Shown in pieces: positions 47,804 to 57,783 of a stretch of 64,000 nt of DNA. This DNA is from a virus. Each line of letters starts with the position of its first letter. Positions within the stretch are counted from its first letter, which is position 1. Below the pieces are notes generated by a model that saw nothing but the letters and a program-made list of their open reading frames with translations, was not told where the DNA came from and made no database searches. Where the stretch lies: the IMG/VR virus record IMGVR_UViG_3300027126_000006; one strand, 5' to 3'. Position numbers and translations under genes: made by a program.

Positions 47804-50800
47804 TTTGCCTCCAATTCTTTTACACGAGCGGAGAGTTCCTTCACGGCCTCGACCAGCAGGCCGACCATATTGCCGTAGGCCAGCGATAATTGCTCGCCTT
47901 GCAGCACAGCTTCCGGCAACACTTTCTCAACCTCTTGAGCAACCAATCCAGTCTGGCGCTCTCCTGTGTCTGTACGTGTATATGTATATCCGGTCAGTTG
48001 CTCGACCTTGGCAAGCGCATTAGGAATTTGTTGCAGGTCGGTTTTCAGACGAATGTCAGAGTAGGCAGTGACGTTGCCGTAGGCAACAAAATTTCCTGAA
48101 ACGTCGGTGTACCACCGATTAATACTTGCAGTCTGGTCGTATAGCCCGGCGTTCGTCCCTGCCGCATTGTTGTACAAATAAACTGTGCGCGAATCATTGC
48201 TCAGGAATAACTGCTTTTCGCCAGATGTGGCATTACCGATGTTAATACTATTTCCTCTGATAGTAAGGCCGCCAGTTTCGAGTCTACCTGTTTCGGTTCC
48301 ATTTGATTGCCATATGTGCTTTGTTACGGCGTTGTAGTAAATATCCTGCGTTTTGTCGGCGTTATTTCCTACTGCACTGATTATGCTGCCAAACGTGGTT
48401 GAGTCTGTCGCCGTGTCTGTAAACGAAATCTGACCTACAGAAGAAATCAGACGACTTGATGTTGAGGTTCGTAAGAACTGGAAAACACCCGGGGCAGTAT
48501 TAGCGGTTGACGTAGACTCTACAACAATTCTTGAAGTAGATGCGCCGGTACCGACAACGTGCAAAGGATAAGACGCTGTTGTCGTTCCAATGCCAATCCT
48601 GTAAGTGCCGACAATATTCCCTGTCATTGTGCCGCCGGCTAGCGGCAGGGCATCGGTGATACCATATCCGGACAATGTAGTTGGGTTGGTTCCAGCGGTG
48701 ACCCGTCCTTTGGCGTCAACCGTCACGCTTTTGTACGTGCCTGCTGTGGCACCGCTATTGGCTAGCGTAAGGCTGATCGATGTAGATCCAGATCCAGTGG
48801 CGTCACCAGTGACCGAGATGCTTTGGTTGCCAGTGATGTACGTGCTGGTATCAAGCGTCCAGCTATCGGCCGCAGTTTTCTTTAGAAAGCCAGTAGTTCC
48901 AGCTAGTCCTGCAATCGCGGTCAGATCGGCGTCGAGCGCCTGTGCATCGGTGATGCCGTATCCGGACAGCGTTGTCGGGTTGGTTCCACCAGTCACACGT
49001 CCTTTGGCATCAACCGTTACGCTCTTGTATGTTCCAGCAGTGACACCACTATTGATTAATGATAAGCTAATTGATGTAGATCCAGATCCGGTGACGTCGC
49101 CAGTGACCGAGATGTTTTGGTTGCCAGTGATGTACGTGCTGGTATCAAGCGTCCAGCTATCGGCCGCAGTTTTCTTTAGAAAGCCAGTAGTTCCAGCTAG
49201 TCCTGCAATCGCAGTCAAGTCAGCATCTAGTGGTTGGGCATCGGTGATACCGTATCCGGTTAGCGTGGTCGGATTCGTTCCGCCAGTGACACGTCCTTTG
49301 GCATCAACCGTTACGCTATTGTATGCACCGGCTGTAACACCACTATTAGTTAGCATTGTGGTTGTTACAGTGGCTGAATCACCTGATGTGATTACTGTAC
49401 CAGTTGTTGCTGGTAGCGTGATTGTTGTTGTGCCAGCTACTGCCGCTGCTTGTAATGTTACGGTACCAGAAGTAGATCCAGAAAAAGCGGTACTTGTTAG
49501 TCCACTTATATCTGTTGCTGTAGATCCAAGAGAGATCGCCGTTGATCCAATTGTAACGGAACTGTTGGAAAGCTTAGCATTTGCAATAGAACCAGCCAAC
49601 ATGGTATTGGTAACTGTGCCAGTATCAGTCGTGTATACACCATTTGTTACCGTAGCAGCATTACCATTAATACTACCAGAAATGGTAGATGAAAATGTTT
49701 TTGTTCCAGCTATTGTTTGATCACCAAGGGTATATACACCATTTGTTACCGTAGCAGCATTACCATTAATACTACCAGAAATGGTAGATGAAAATGTTTT
49801 TGTTCCAGCTATTGTTTGATTACCAAGGGTATATACACCATTGGTTACCGTAGCAGAATTACCAGTACATTCTGATGATGTGGTAGATGAAGACGCATTG
49901 CCAGATAAAGATCCGACAAAATTTGTTGAAGTTACGCTTGTCAGCCCCGATAGAGTCGTGCTAGTTCCACCTAAAGCAATCGCCGTTGATCCAATTGTAA
50001 CGGAACTGTTGGAAAGCTTAGCATTTGCAATAGAACCAGCCAACATGGTATTGGTAACTGTGCCAGTGTCGGTTGTGTAAACACCATTGGTTACCGTTGA
50101 AGCGTTCCCGACAAAATTTGTTGAAGTTACGCTTGTCAGCCCCGATAAAGTCGTGCTACTTCCACCTAAAGCAATCACCGTTGATCCAATTGTAACGGAA
50201 CTGTTGGAAAGCTTAGCATTTGCAATAGAACCAGCCAACATGGCGTTAGTTACAGTACCTGAATCACCTGATGTGATTACTGTACCAGTTGTCGCCGGCA
50301 ATGTGATTGTTGTTGTGCCAGCTACTGCCGCTGGCTGTAATGTTACGGTACCGGAAGTAGATCCAGAAAAAGCGGTACTAGTTAGTCCCGATAAAGTGGT
50401 ACTTGTTCCACCTAAAGCAATCGCTGTTGATCCAATTGTAACGGAACTGTTGGAAAGCTTAGCATTTGCAATAGAACCAGCCAACATGACGTTAGTTACA
50501 GTACCTGAATCACCTGATGTGATTACTGTACCAGTTGTTGCTGGTAGCGTGATTGTTGTTGTACCAGCTACTGCCGCTGCTTGTAATGTTACGGTACCGG
50601 AAGTAGATCCAGAAAAAGCGGTACTAGTTAGTCCCGATAAAGTCGTGCTACTTCCACCTAGAGAGACTACAGTCGATCCAATTGTAACGGAACTGTTGGA
50701 AAGCTTAGCATTTGCAATAGAACCAGCCAACATGTTATTGGTAACTGTGCCAGTATCACTTGATGTGATTACTGTACCATCAACGTTTGGTATTGTCAAT

Positions 50801-51225
50801 ACGCGTGTGGTGCTAGGTGAAATGCTCGCCAGCTGAAACTGGAGTTTCTTGGAAGCGTCAATGTTATCTGTAAAGTAAGTGGAGCTATCATCAAGACTTT
50901 TGTTAGATAGTGTTTGACTTGTTGATAGATCTACAGTCCCTGATGTGTTAATACTCAGAGTTCCGCCACTCAATGACAACCCCGTACCTACGGAAATTTG
51001 CTCAATTGACCCTGAGCCAGCAGTTGTTCTACCTAATATCCTAGATGTTGACATTGTCAATAGAGATGACCCTACAGCACCCGACACAGCCTTGGTATCT
51101 AAATCATCGGCAATAGATTTGAAGTTACCATCAATCTCCAAATTTGTTAGAGGAGCATTTGCTGCTGTAGTGCTCCCAGGCTTTGCAGGAGTTGTTGTAC
51201 TCCCTCTGTACTTAATGAATGCCAT
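47800..51225 (-). CDS. Long tail fibre with C-terminal intramolecular chaperone (peptidase S74)
   Basis: VTVDAKGRVT..TNPTTL.GYGITDA fibre repeats; SDIRLK...GLVAQEVEKVLPEAV...LVEAVKEL. Confidence 0.9.
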   Translation of the reverse strand: MAFIKYRGSTTTPAKPGSTTAANAPLTNLEIDGNFKSIADDLDTKAVSGAVGSSLLTMSTSRILGRTTAGSGSIEQISVGTGLSLSGGTLSINTSGTVDLSTSQTLSNKSLDDSSTYFTDNIDASKKLQFQLASISPSTTRVLTIPNVDGTVITSSDTGTVTNNMLAGSIANAKLSNSSVTIGSTVVSLGGSSTTLSGLTSTAFSGSTSGTVTLQAAAVAGTTTITLPATTGTVITSGDSGTVTNVMLAGSIANAKLSNSSVTIGSTAIALGGTSTTLSGLTSTAFSGSTSGTVTLQPAAVAGTTTITLPATTGTVITSGDSGTVTNAMLAGSIANAKLSNSSVTIGSTVIALGGSSTTLSGLTSVTSTNFVGNASTVTNGVYTTDTGTVTNTMLAGSIANAKLSNSSVTIGSTAIALGGTSTTLSGLTSVTSTNFVGSLSGNASSSTTSSECTGNSATVTNGVYTLGNQTIAGTKTFSSTISGSINGNAATVTNGVYTLGDQTIAGTKTFSSTISGSINGNAATVTNGVYTTDTGTVTNTMLAGSIANAKLSNSSVTIGSTAISLGSTATDISGLTSTAFSGSTSGTVTLQAAAVAGTTTITLPATTGTVITSGDSATVTTTMLTNSGVTAGAYNSVTVDAKGRVTGGTNPTTLTGYGITDAQPLDADLTAIAGLAGTTGFLKKTAADSWTLDTSTYITGNQNISVTGDVTGSGSTSISLSLINSGVTAGTYKSVTVDAKGRVTGGTNPTTLSGYGITDAQALDADLTAIAGLAGTTGFLKKTAADSWTLDTSTYITGNQSISVTGDATGSGSTSISLTLANSGATAGTYKSVTVDAKGRVTAGTNPTTLSGYGITDALPLAGGTMTGNIVGTYRIGIGTTTASYPLHVVGTGASTSRIVVESTSTANTAPGVFQFLRTSTSSRLISSVGQISFTDTATDSTTFGSIISAVGNNADKTQDIYYNAVTKHIWQSNGTETGRLETGGLTIRGNSINIGNATSGEKQLFLSNDSRTVYLYNNAAGTNAGLYDQTASINRWYTDVSGNFVAYGNVTAYSDIRLKTDLQQIPNALAKVEQLTGYTYTRTDTGERQTGLVAQEVEKVLPEAVLQGEQLSLAYGNMVGLLVEAVKELSARVKELEAK
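48650..50750. repeat. Nested intragenic repeats in the tail fibre (about 300-, 99- and 240-bp units)
   Basis: 48841-48900 equals 49141-49200; recurring MLAGSIANAKLSNSSVTIGST and ATVTNGVYT blocks. Confidence 0.85.
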
Positions 51226-51229
51226 TGTT

Positions 51230-51442
51230 TTAGCCTATTTTCTTAAGAAGAGTTGCGATCATTTCTTTAAGCTCATCTACTTGAGTTTGAAGTTTACTGA
51301 TAGATGTCTTTTGTTCAAGTATACTGTCACGTTGCTTAACATATTTATCATACCCATCTCTATCGCTTACTATAATAGATCCATTACTAGCTCTATACAA
51401 CCCAGGAATTATATTTCCCTGATCATCTTTTACCCTCATCAT
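51230..51442 (-). CDS. Small coiled-coil protein following DUF4815/VrlC
   Basis: GLYR...I...D..GY..Y then coiled coil. Confidence 0.7.
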   Translation of the reverse strand: MMRVKDDQGNIIPGLYRASNGSIIVSDRDGYDKYVKQRDSILEQKTSISKLQTQVDELKEMIATLLKKIG

Positions 51443-53679
51443 ACAATTACAATTACCCTATAACGATTGACAACTGGAACAATGGCGGGATTAACAGACC
51501 TCATTACGCATTTCAGATTGTATGTATCAAATGGTGTGATGTCATCTAAGTAAAAAGTATATTCGTAGAAGCTGTTGGGAGAGCTAGATTTATTACGATC
51601 GACATCACACGATAGCAACTGCCACTTAGCATCTTTGTGTTGTGTAGCTCCACCCGAAATGCTAGTTTTAATGTACCAGTCAACGCTTGTATCTCTCGTT
51701 GAATATAGATCAACAAGAAGACGCACCCCCGTAGATACATCCGTCAGGGTAATTGGTTTTGTGATGTACCTACTGTAAGCGTTTCCTACGTCATTCAAAA
51801 TTTCAGAATTTACAGCTGGATTCTCAATATCCTCATCATTTTGATTATTGATAGCATTGCCATACATTGTAAGTGTAGGTCTAGCTGCTAAACTAATAAT
51901 TGGCGATACGTTTGGGTTAGTTGTTGACATAGTAACTGCTAGCTTTACTGACTCATCTCCTGCACGCTGTAGTGCTTCATTACGAGTAGACATCATCAGA
52001 TTGGTAGTCGACGTGTCATATGGAAGTCTTATATTAAAATCACTATATGGATCTAGAACGCTGTCGGTACCTGCTATGTTTAGTACTGATTGGATATCAG
52101 TATCCTTATATATCTTATGGGTGATTGAAGGGACAATTCTGTGGACAGGTCTATTCATAGCAACGGAAAACACAGCATCAACAACAGCTTTTAGCTTGGC
52201 GTTGGATCCACTACCAGATGTAACTGTTACTGTAGGTGGAGACGTATATCCACTACCTGGATTTGTTATTACAACATCCGTTATCACTCCATTTGTTACT
52301 ACAGCAGTGGCAGTTGCAGTAGTGCCAGTTGGTGGTGGACTTACTGTAATAGAAGGTAGAGTGATGGAACTATATCCAGTACCACCATTTTCTATTGCTA
52401 TTTTTTGTAGGAATCCACAACTCTCAATAGTACCTGTACTCGTAGCAGTACCTGCTGATGCTGCAAACGAAAACCTATATGGATTAATAATTGTTATTCC
52501 AAAGTTGCCATTAAGGGCCGATCCGTTTAACCCGTTATATTTTGTCGCAGCTGTTGTGCTTGTTATAATTGATACTTCATCATTGATACGAAAGCCATGT
52601 TGGACAGGAGAAGTTACTGTTACAATGTTGCTGCCGCTTGTGGTAGAGAATGAACTACCATTCAAATACATATAGTTTGCGCTACCGACTAAACTGAGAC
52701 TAGAAGATCCTGTAGTGAATTGAGCAACGTTTAATTTGAACTTAATATCTTCTAATTGCTCAGCAGTCCATGTGATCTTATTTTCAGATTTGAACATCGA
52801 TCCGACAAACGGTTGTTCAAAGATCGTCTGCCCTGTTTCATTTGACTTTTCGCCCATCTTCGAGGTGAAGATGTTATACTTGTTGCTATTGGAGTGCACA
52901 ACAAAACAATAATCTCGGTCTTGCTCAAGATATGCGGGTTGCGGGAAAGTAAACTTAGTGGAGACAGAAGCATCCGAAGAGATGTTAATGTCAGCCGATG
53001 CCTTCCATGCAATGTAGTTTGTATTTGCTTGAGGTTTGGATGATGGATATCCATTGACCATTTCACGTATCTCAACAGACACAGGCACGGAAGGATCTTT
53101 TGTGTAGAACCAAAGTTCAATTGAGGTCAAGAAGCATCCGCCATCAACACCATATGTGAAGAATGATTGTGCAAGGGGATCGGATAGTTGTGGAGGCGGC
53201 TGGATGTATCGAGGAATCATCACAGGCGCTGGTGTTGGCTTTGTTACATACTTGTCTTGCGTTCGAACTACTTCTTGCACTCTAACAGTTGTATTGGTAA
53301 CTGTCGTTTGATATATTTCTTTTAATCCTAAGGTTGTAAATGTAGCTGATGCAGATCCATTAGTGTTACCGGCTACATCTAGTAACGCCAGGTCACTGAC
53401 GTCAGCTACAACAATATTACGCTTACCAACATTGAAGGTACCGGGTGGGATTCGAAGGGCAAATTGAGCAAATCCACTATTATCGGCAATCAGATTGCCA
53501 CCCTCCACTCCACCATTTGGAGTAACAAGATGGTTTACTGCTGTTCTGTCAAAAAACACGTACAGTTTGGAGTTAGGCCTAACTCCGTTTGCGGTGATTT
53601 TAAGTACCTGTGGTCTAATGAATGCAATAGCATTTACATTCACTAGTTCCCTGGTTGATGATGTTGTCGTAGTTGCCAT
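51439..53679 (-). CDS. DUF4815/VrlC-like virion protein, C-terminal half as a separate gene
   Basis: DPLAQSF, FLTSIELWF..KD, EIREMVNGYP, GSMFKSEN..TW...Q.EDIKF, YITKPITL. Confidence 0.82.
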   Translation of the reverse strand: MATTTTSSTRELVNVNAIAFIRPQVLKITANGVRPNSKLYVFFDRTAVNHLVTPNGGVEGGNLIADNSGFAQFALRIPPGTFNVGKRNIVVADVSDLALLDVAGNTNGSASATFTTLGLKEIYQTTVTNTTVRVQEVVRTQDKYVTKPTPAPVMIPRYIQPPPQLSDPLAQSFFTYGVDGGCFLTSIELWFYTKDPSVPVSVEIREMVNGYPSSKPQANTNYIAWKASADINISSDASVSTKFTFPQPAYLEQDRDYCFVVHSNSNKYNIFTSKMGEKSNETGQTIFEQPFVGSMFKSENKITWTAEQLEDIKFKLNVAQFTTGSSSLSLVGSANYMYLNGSSFSTTSGSNIVTVTSPVQHGFRINDEVSIITSTTAATKYNGLNGSALNGNFGITIINPYRFSFAASAGTATSTGTIESCGFLQKIAIENGGTGYSSITLPSITVSPPPTGTTATATAVVTNGVITDVVITNPGSGYTSPPTVTVTSGSGSNAKLKAVVDAVFSVAMNRPVHRIVPSITHKIYKDTDIQSVLNIAGTDSVLDPYSDFNIRLPYDTSTTNLMMSTRNEALQRAGDESVKLAVTMSTTNPNVSPIISLAARPTLTMYGNAINNQNDEDIENPAVNSEILNDVGNAYSRYITKPITLTDVSTGVRLLVDLYSTRDTSVDWYIKTSISGGATQHKDAKWQLLSCDVDRNKSSSPNSFYEYTFYLDDITPFDTYNLKCVMRSVNPAIVPVVNRYRVIVIV

Positions 53680-53703
53680 ATAGGTGCCTTGTGTTGTTCC
53701 TAC

Positions 53704-53711
53704 TATTTATT
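53704..53711 (-). promoter_or_regulatory. Late promoter variant AATAAATA
   Basis: Lies between the two DUF4815 halves. Confidence 0.65.
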
Positions 53712-53732
53712 TGATGGTTATATCTATCAAGA

Positions 53733-56700
53733 TCATTTATCTGTTGATATAAACAACCCTGTCACAAAGAACTGTATACACCTCCACGATACCTTCAAAG
53801 CAACTTTGGCATTGCGTTTTTTACCTGTGAAGAACTCCACAAAATCTTTGAATTCTTGATAGTATAGGTGAGCTGTGCCATTGTTAACAACACGACTACC
53901 GTGGAATCTATATCCTCTTCTAAAGGCCTCTCCCCACCATTTATGATGTAAGTTGTTTACACACCAAACTACTGCTTGTTGTTTTTCTTCTGGGGTAAAC
54001 GATCCCATTGACACAGCATGTGTTGCAATAACACATCCCCCACCTCCGCCATCACCACCACCTCCGCCATCACCACCACCTCCGCCATCGCCTCCTCCGT
54101 CACTACCCCCGCCACCATCTGCACCATCAGATCCGTTACTACCATCTGAACTAGCATCTGATGATGAATCGGAGGATGAATCAGCCGATACAGACACACT
54201 GGCATCACTAGTACTAGCATCAGCAGTATATCCGCCATCAGAAAGTCCTCCAATATCACCAATACCACCATCAAAAATAGGAGGAGGTTCCCAGAGTACT
54301 GGCATGGTGGGCGGATGTTCTATGAAGATTTGTAGTGGTTCTAGATACACATCATAATATATTGGAGCAGGTTCAGGAACATCAAGATATATTGTTCGCT
54401 CAACAAACTTCTCAACAGTTTGTGTTTGAATTACTTCATTGACTACTAGTGGTGCTTCTTCTGTAACAGTCCAAGTGTCCAGAGGTGGTACAATGTTCAG
54501 AGTACCATTCCAGGCTAGAATCATAAACGGTTGTAGGTTAGTGATTCTTGAACTTACTGGTTGTTGAGCTAAAACCCTTTCTACATAAGGTCTTGTGATC
54601 AAATTACCAGTGATCTGAAAGTTTCCGGTATTTGATTCTAATGCAAGATTACATTCGCTTCTTTCTCTTCCGGCATTTAAGCAGTTATTTGCAAATACAC
54701 TGTTGAACCCTGGAGCTGTGATGTCACCTATGGTCAATGGATAATTAAAGTCTTCGACTAAGAATCCCGTCTTAAATCTATCAAGCCCTGTAGCAGCATC
54801 AACAACATTATAGGTTCTTAAATTATTTTCCACCGCAGTTAATGTTGAAAACTGCTCAAGTTTATATACACGATTCTCAAGCCGGCCGATATCCGACATT
54901 GTATATCTTGTAGTGGCTCTCCGTCTTAGTGTTATCTTTTTAACATCCCAAGTGTAAGCAGGTACAAAAATTGATGCTAGAACATACAATCCTTGTTTAA
55001 CAGGAGGATCAGAGGGTACATCAGACGGTGTTCCTTGAATTACACTTATCTCTCCCATCTTATCCACAACCACATGATCTCTTCTTGGCACGTAGTAATT
55101 GATGCCTGAAGACTGAATAAAGTAGTCGTTAGCTAAGGTGCTAGCAATATGAGCTCCTGTCCCTGTGAAGGTGCCGTTTGTTCCTACTGATGGTCTAAAG
55201 TCCAGACACTTGAGTAAGTTGAAGGTTCGACCTGAAGCCGACGCCTTATAAGTGGTACCATACTTCTCCCCACTGACCCCGGCATAACTATTGATAGAGA
55301 AATAATCACCGGCACCGTGGGAATAATAATCATAAGTGATTGACAACGTGCCTTGAGGGGCTGGTTTACCTGGTTTGAGGTTTAGAATACCTCTCAAGTA
55401 TGCGTAATCTCGCTGCCCATTATCAAGTGTAAAATTATCTGTGATGTTAGTTGTTACACTGAGGTATGTTTGTGTGATGGATACAATTTTGATCACATCA
55501 TTGTGGAGCAATGTAATCCTAGATCCAATTACACCAGTGCCATTGTTAACTAGATTAATTGCATCACCGCCAGCAGTAGTTGCTAGTTGGAAGGTATCAA
55601 GTGTTGCATTTTTTACGTAGTATACAGTACCGGCAGTTATCCCCGTAGTAGTCGTTATGCTACTGAACGTAATCGGAGATCCATTAACAAACTCATGCGA
55701 CGCAAGAGTCACAAGATTAGTAGAATCTGTAAATGTAACGTTGCTTAACGTAGCAGATTCTGTAAAGTTAGCAACAAGAGTTTTTGTCGCAGGGTTTGCA
55801 CTTACTTTACTAAGTACGTAAATTGTAACTGTTTCACTTCCTGCTGTTGGATTGTACCCATTCATTTGAATCGTTGATGAGTTAACGCCCGAACTATATA
55901 CCGTAAAGTACGTGGTTGGAATGATACCTGTAGTTGCGTTGTTAGGTCCCGTCTTGTTGCTAACAGCGACCAATATACCGGGTTCAATAGCCGGAACTTC
56001 TCCATCGACTGTAAAGCTACCATTCAGTCCTGTACCATACGTGATTGTAGCAGTAGTATTTTGCCATGCATAATATGTGATACCAGGAGCCGATTGCACT
56101 TCTGCTACAGGTAGAGGAAAAATATAGTTACTTCGACCTACGGATGATAATTGAACAACATCAGTTACTGTGCTTACAACCTTTCCTGCTTCATTAACGC
56201 TAGCGCCGTTTGTTACACTATCGTGTAATTGTAATGGGGCTAAGGATGCAGTAGATTTATGAGCATATACCTCATCCGTAGATATATTGTGGTATCCTAC
56301 AGTAACTCTTCGAAGTGGAGTTGTTCCATCAGACCCATAGTGGGTCAAGTTGGTTCCATATGCAAACTGAAATCCATTAGATGCTATAGTATATTTGTAT
56401 AACACCTTAGCTGCAAAGTTAGCTAACCCTGTTGTTGCTCTAATACCTCCAACATCATCAAATCCCTTACCAGCCTCAAACGTAACATCATACACCCAAA
56501 GTTTATAAACAGCATGGGTTGTTTGATCGCCATCATGATAATCAAACGCCATCACTTTAGCTGAACCTACAAGAGTAGGTGATCCTACTGTGACATCACT
56601 TGTATTATAGAGATTAACTGTTGTTCTTTGTTTTGGATTGATGGTAGACCCAAACATATCGGTAACAAAGAAGTACTGACCATACTCTGGCTTGAATGAT

Positions 56701-57782
56701 ATCGCTTTAGTCTTTATGTGTGCTGCGGTTCTACCTTTAGGTACTTGTATCAATCTTTGGTATAAGTTATCAACTTCAAAGCCTTCAATATATGCTTTTC
56801 CAGGAGAGACTTTAACCACAAAGTTATCTGCATTGCCAGTTGGCGCATCGTATACTCCGCCATTTTTACCAACACGTAGACTTTCTGTTACAGAGCATCG
56901 TAATCCATTAACCACGTAGTTACCAGACTCATCGTATGTTCTACGAGCAAGAGATTTTTCAAGTTCATTGTATTTTGCGTACCGAAGATGTTCTTCAAGG
57001 ACACCTTCTCTATATCTCATCAGTTCAATATAGTCGTTGCTAATTGTACTTTCATATGGGAGTGTGGTAAGAGTCAGTTTAATTTTATATCGATCTGCAC
57101 CTGGAGCAGCGTAGTTGAAGCTACCTTGGGCAGGATCCAGGAGAGTACCATCATCATCAACAGTAACAACACTCTCGGTGATTTGGAGTAAGACGTGACA
57201 ATCTGGTGTTTGAGTATACTTTGATATTACAACCGATTGTTTATCGACCGTTACAAATGTTCCTCTTGTGTAAAATACACCTTCATTCACAAATGCTAGC
57301 GATCCTATTCCAGTTGCTGCGGTGGCAGCAACGGTGGCTGTGATAGAAGGAGAGTCTTCAATCTCAATTCCTTCTCCAGCTGTAAAACTCAGTGCACCTG
57401 AACTACTACCACTAACGTAACTAACATAAAAAGTAATTGGATCGGCACCGCTTAAGTCTACAGTCTTCCTCACATAAGCTCTTACGCCTGATGTCACACC
57501 TTCGATAATTTTACCTTCAAATGAACTAAGCGATACGCCTGATCCTAACGAAGCTATTTTTACATAAGGTGCATTTGTATCCCCGTAACAATTCCCCGGT
57601 ATGACAACAGATCCCTCTTGAAATACGTGGTTGCCAAACTTTTCTATCTGGCCCCGTAGTATAGTTTGCATCTGAGTAAGTTCGCGTGCTTGAACAGCGT
57701 ACCCAGGCTTAAACAATACCTGATGGAAATTCTTTTGTTCATCAAAGTCATCATAGTAAGGGGCAGTATTGAATGTTTTCAT
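53733..57782 (-). CDS. DUF4815/VrlC-like virion protein, N-terminal half, with Gly/Asp/Ser tail and terminal domain
   Basis: FN.APYYDDFD..KNFH.VLFKPGYAVQARELTQ, LARRTYDESGNY, RYTMSDIG.LE.R, RFKTGF.V..F. Confidence 0.88.
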   Translation of the reverse strand: MKTFNTAPYYDDFDEQKNFHQVLFKPGYAVQARELTQMQTILRGQIEKFGNHVFQEGSVVIPGNCYGDTNAPYVKIASLGSGVSLSSFEGKIIEGVTSGVRAYVRKTVDLSGADPITFYVSYVSGSSSGALSFTAGEGIEIEDSPSITATVAATAATGIGSLAFVNEGVFYTRGTFVTVDKQSVVISKYTQTPDCHVLLQITESVVTVDDDGTLLDPAQGSFNYAAPGADRYKIKLTLTTLPYESTISNDYIELMRYREGVLEEHLRYAKYNELEKSLARRTYDESGNYVVNGLRCSVTESLRVGKNGGVYDAPTGNADNFVVKVSPGKAYIEGFEVDNLYQRLIQVPKGRTAAHIKTKAISFKPEYGQYFFVTDMFGSTINPKQRTTVNLYNTSDVTVGSPTLVGSAKVMAFDYHDGDQTTHAVYKLWVYDVTFEAGKGFDDVGGIRATTGLANFAAKVLYKYTIASNGFQFAYGTNLTHYGSDGTTPLRRVTVGYHNISTDEVYAHKSTASLAPLQLHDSVTNGASVNEAGKVVSTVTDVVQLSSVGRSNYIFPLPVAEVQSAPGITYYAWQNTTATITYGTGLNGSFTVDGEVPAIEPGILVAVSNKTGPNNATTGIIPTTYFTVYSSGVNSSTIQMNGYNPTAGSETVTIYVLSKVSANPATKTLVANFTESATLSNVTFTDSTNLVTLASHEFVNGSPITFSSITTTTGITAGTVYYVKNATLDTFQLATTAGGDAINLVNNGTGVIGSRITLLHNDVIKIVSITQTYLSVTTNITDNFTLDNGQRDYAYLRGILNLKPGKPAPQGTLSITYDYYSHGAGDYFSINSYAGVSGEKYGTTYKASASGRTFNLLKCLDFRPSVGTNGTFTGTGAHIASTLANDYFIQSSGINYYVPRRDHVVVDKMGEISVIQGTPSDVPSDPPVKQGLYVLASIFVPAYTWDVKKITLRRRATTRYTMSDIGRLENRVYKLEQFSTLTAVENNLRTYNVVDAATGLDRFKTGFLVEDFNYPLTIGDITAPGFNSVFANNCLNAGRERSECNLALESNTGNFQITGNLITRPYVERVLAQQPVSSRITNLQPFMILAWNGTLNIVPPLDTWTVTEEAPLVVNEVIQTQTVEKFVERTIYLDVPEPAPIYYDVYLEPLQIFIEHPPTMPVLWEPPPIFDGGIGDIGGLSDGGYTADASTSDASVSVSADSSSDSSSDASSDGSNGSDGADGGGGSDGGGDGGGGGDGGGGGDGGGGGCVIATHAVSMGSFTPEEKQQAVVWCVNNLHHKWWGEAFRRGYRFHGSRVVNNGTAHLYYQEFKDFVEFFTGKKRNAKVALKVSWRCIQFFVTGLFISTDK

Positions 57783-57783
57783 A

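Noticed and set aside
48605-50836. Long plus-strand ORFs (48605..49720, 50087..50836)
   Set aside because: Antisense shadows of the Thr/Gly/Ser-rich tail fibre; the same applies to 51848..52675 and 36276..36923
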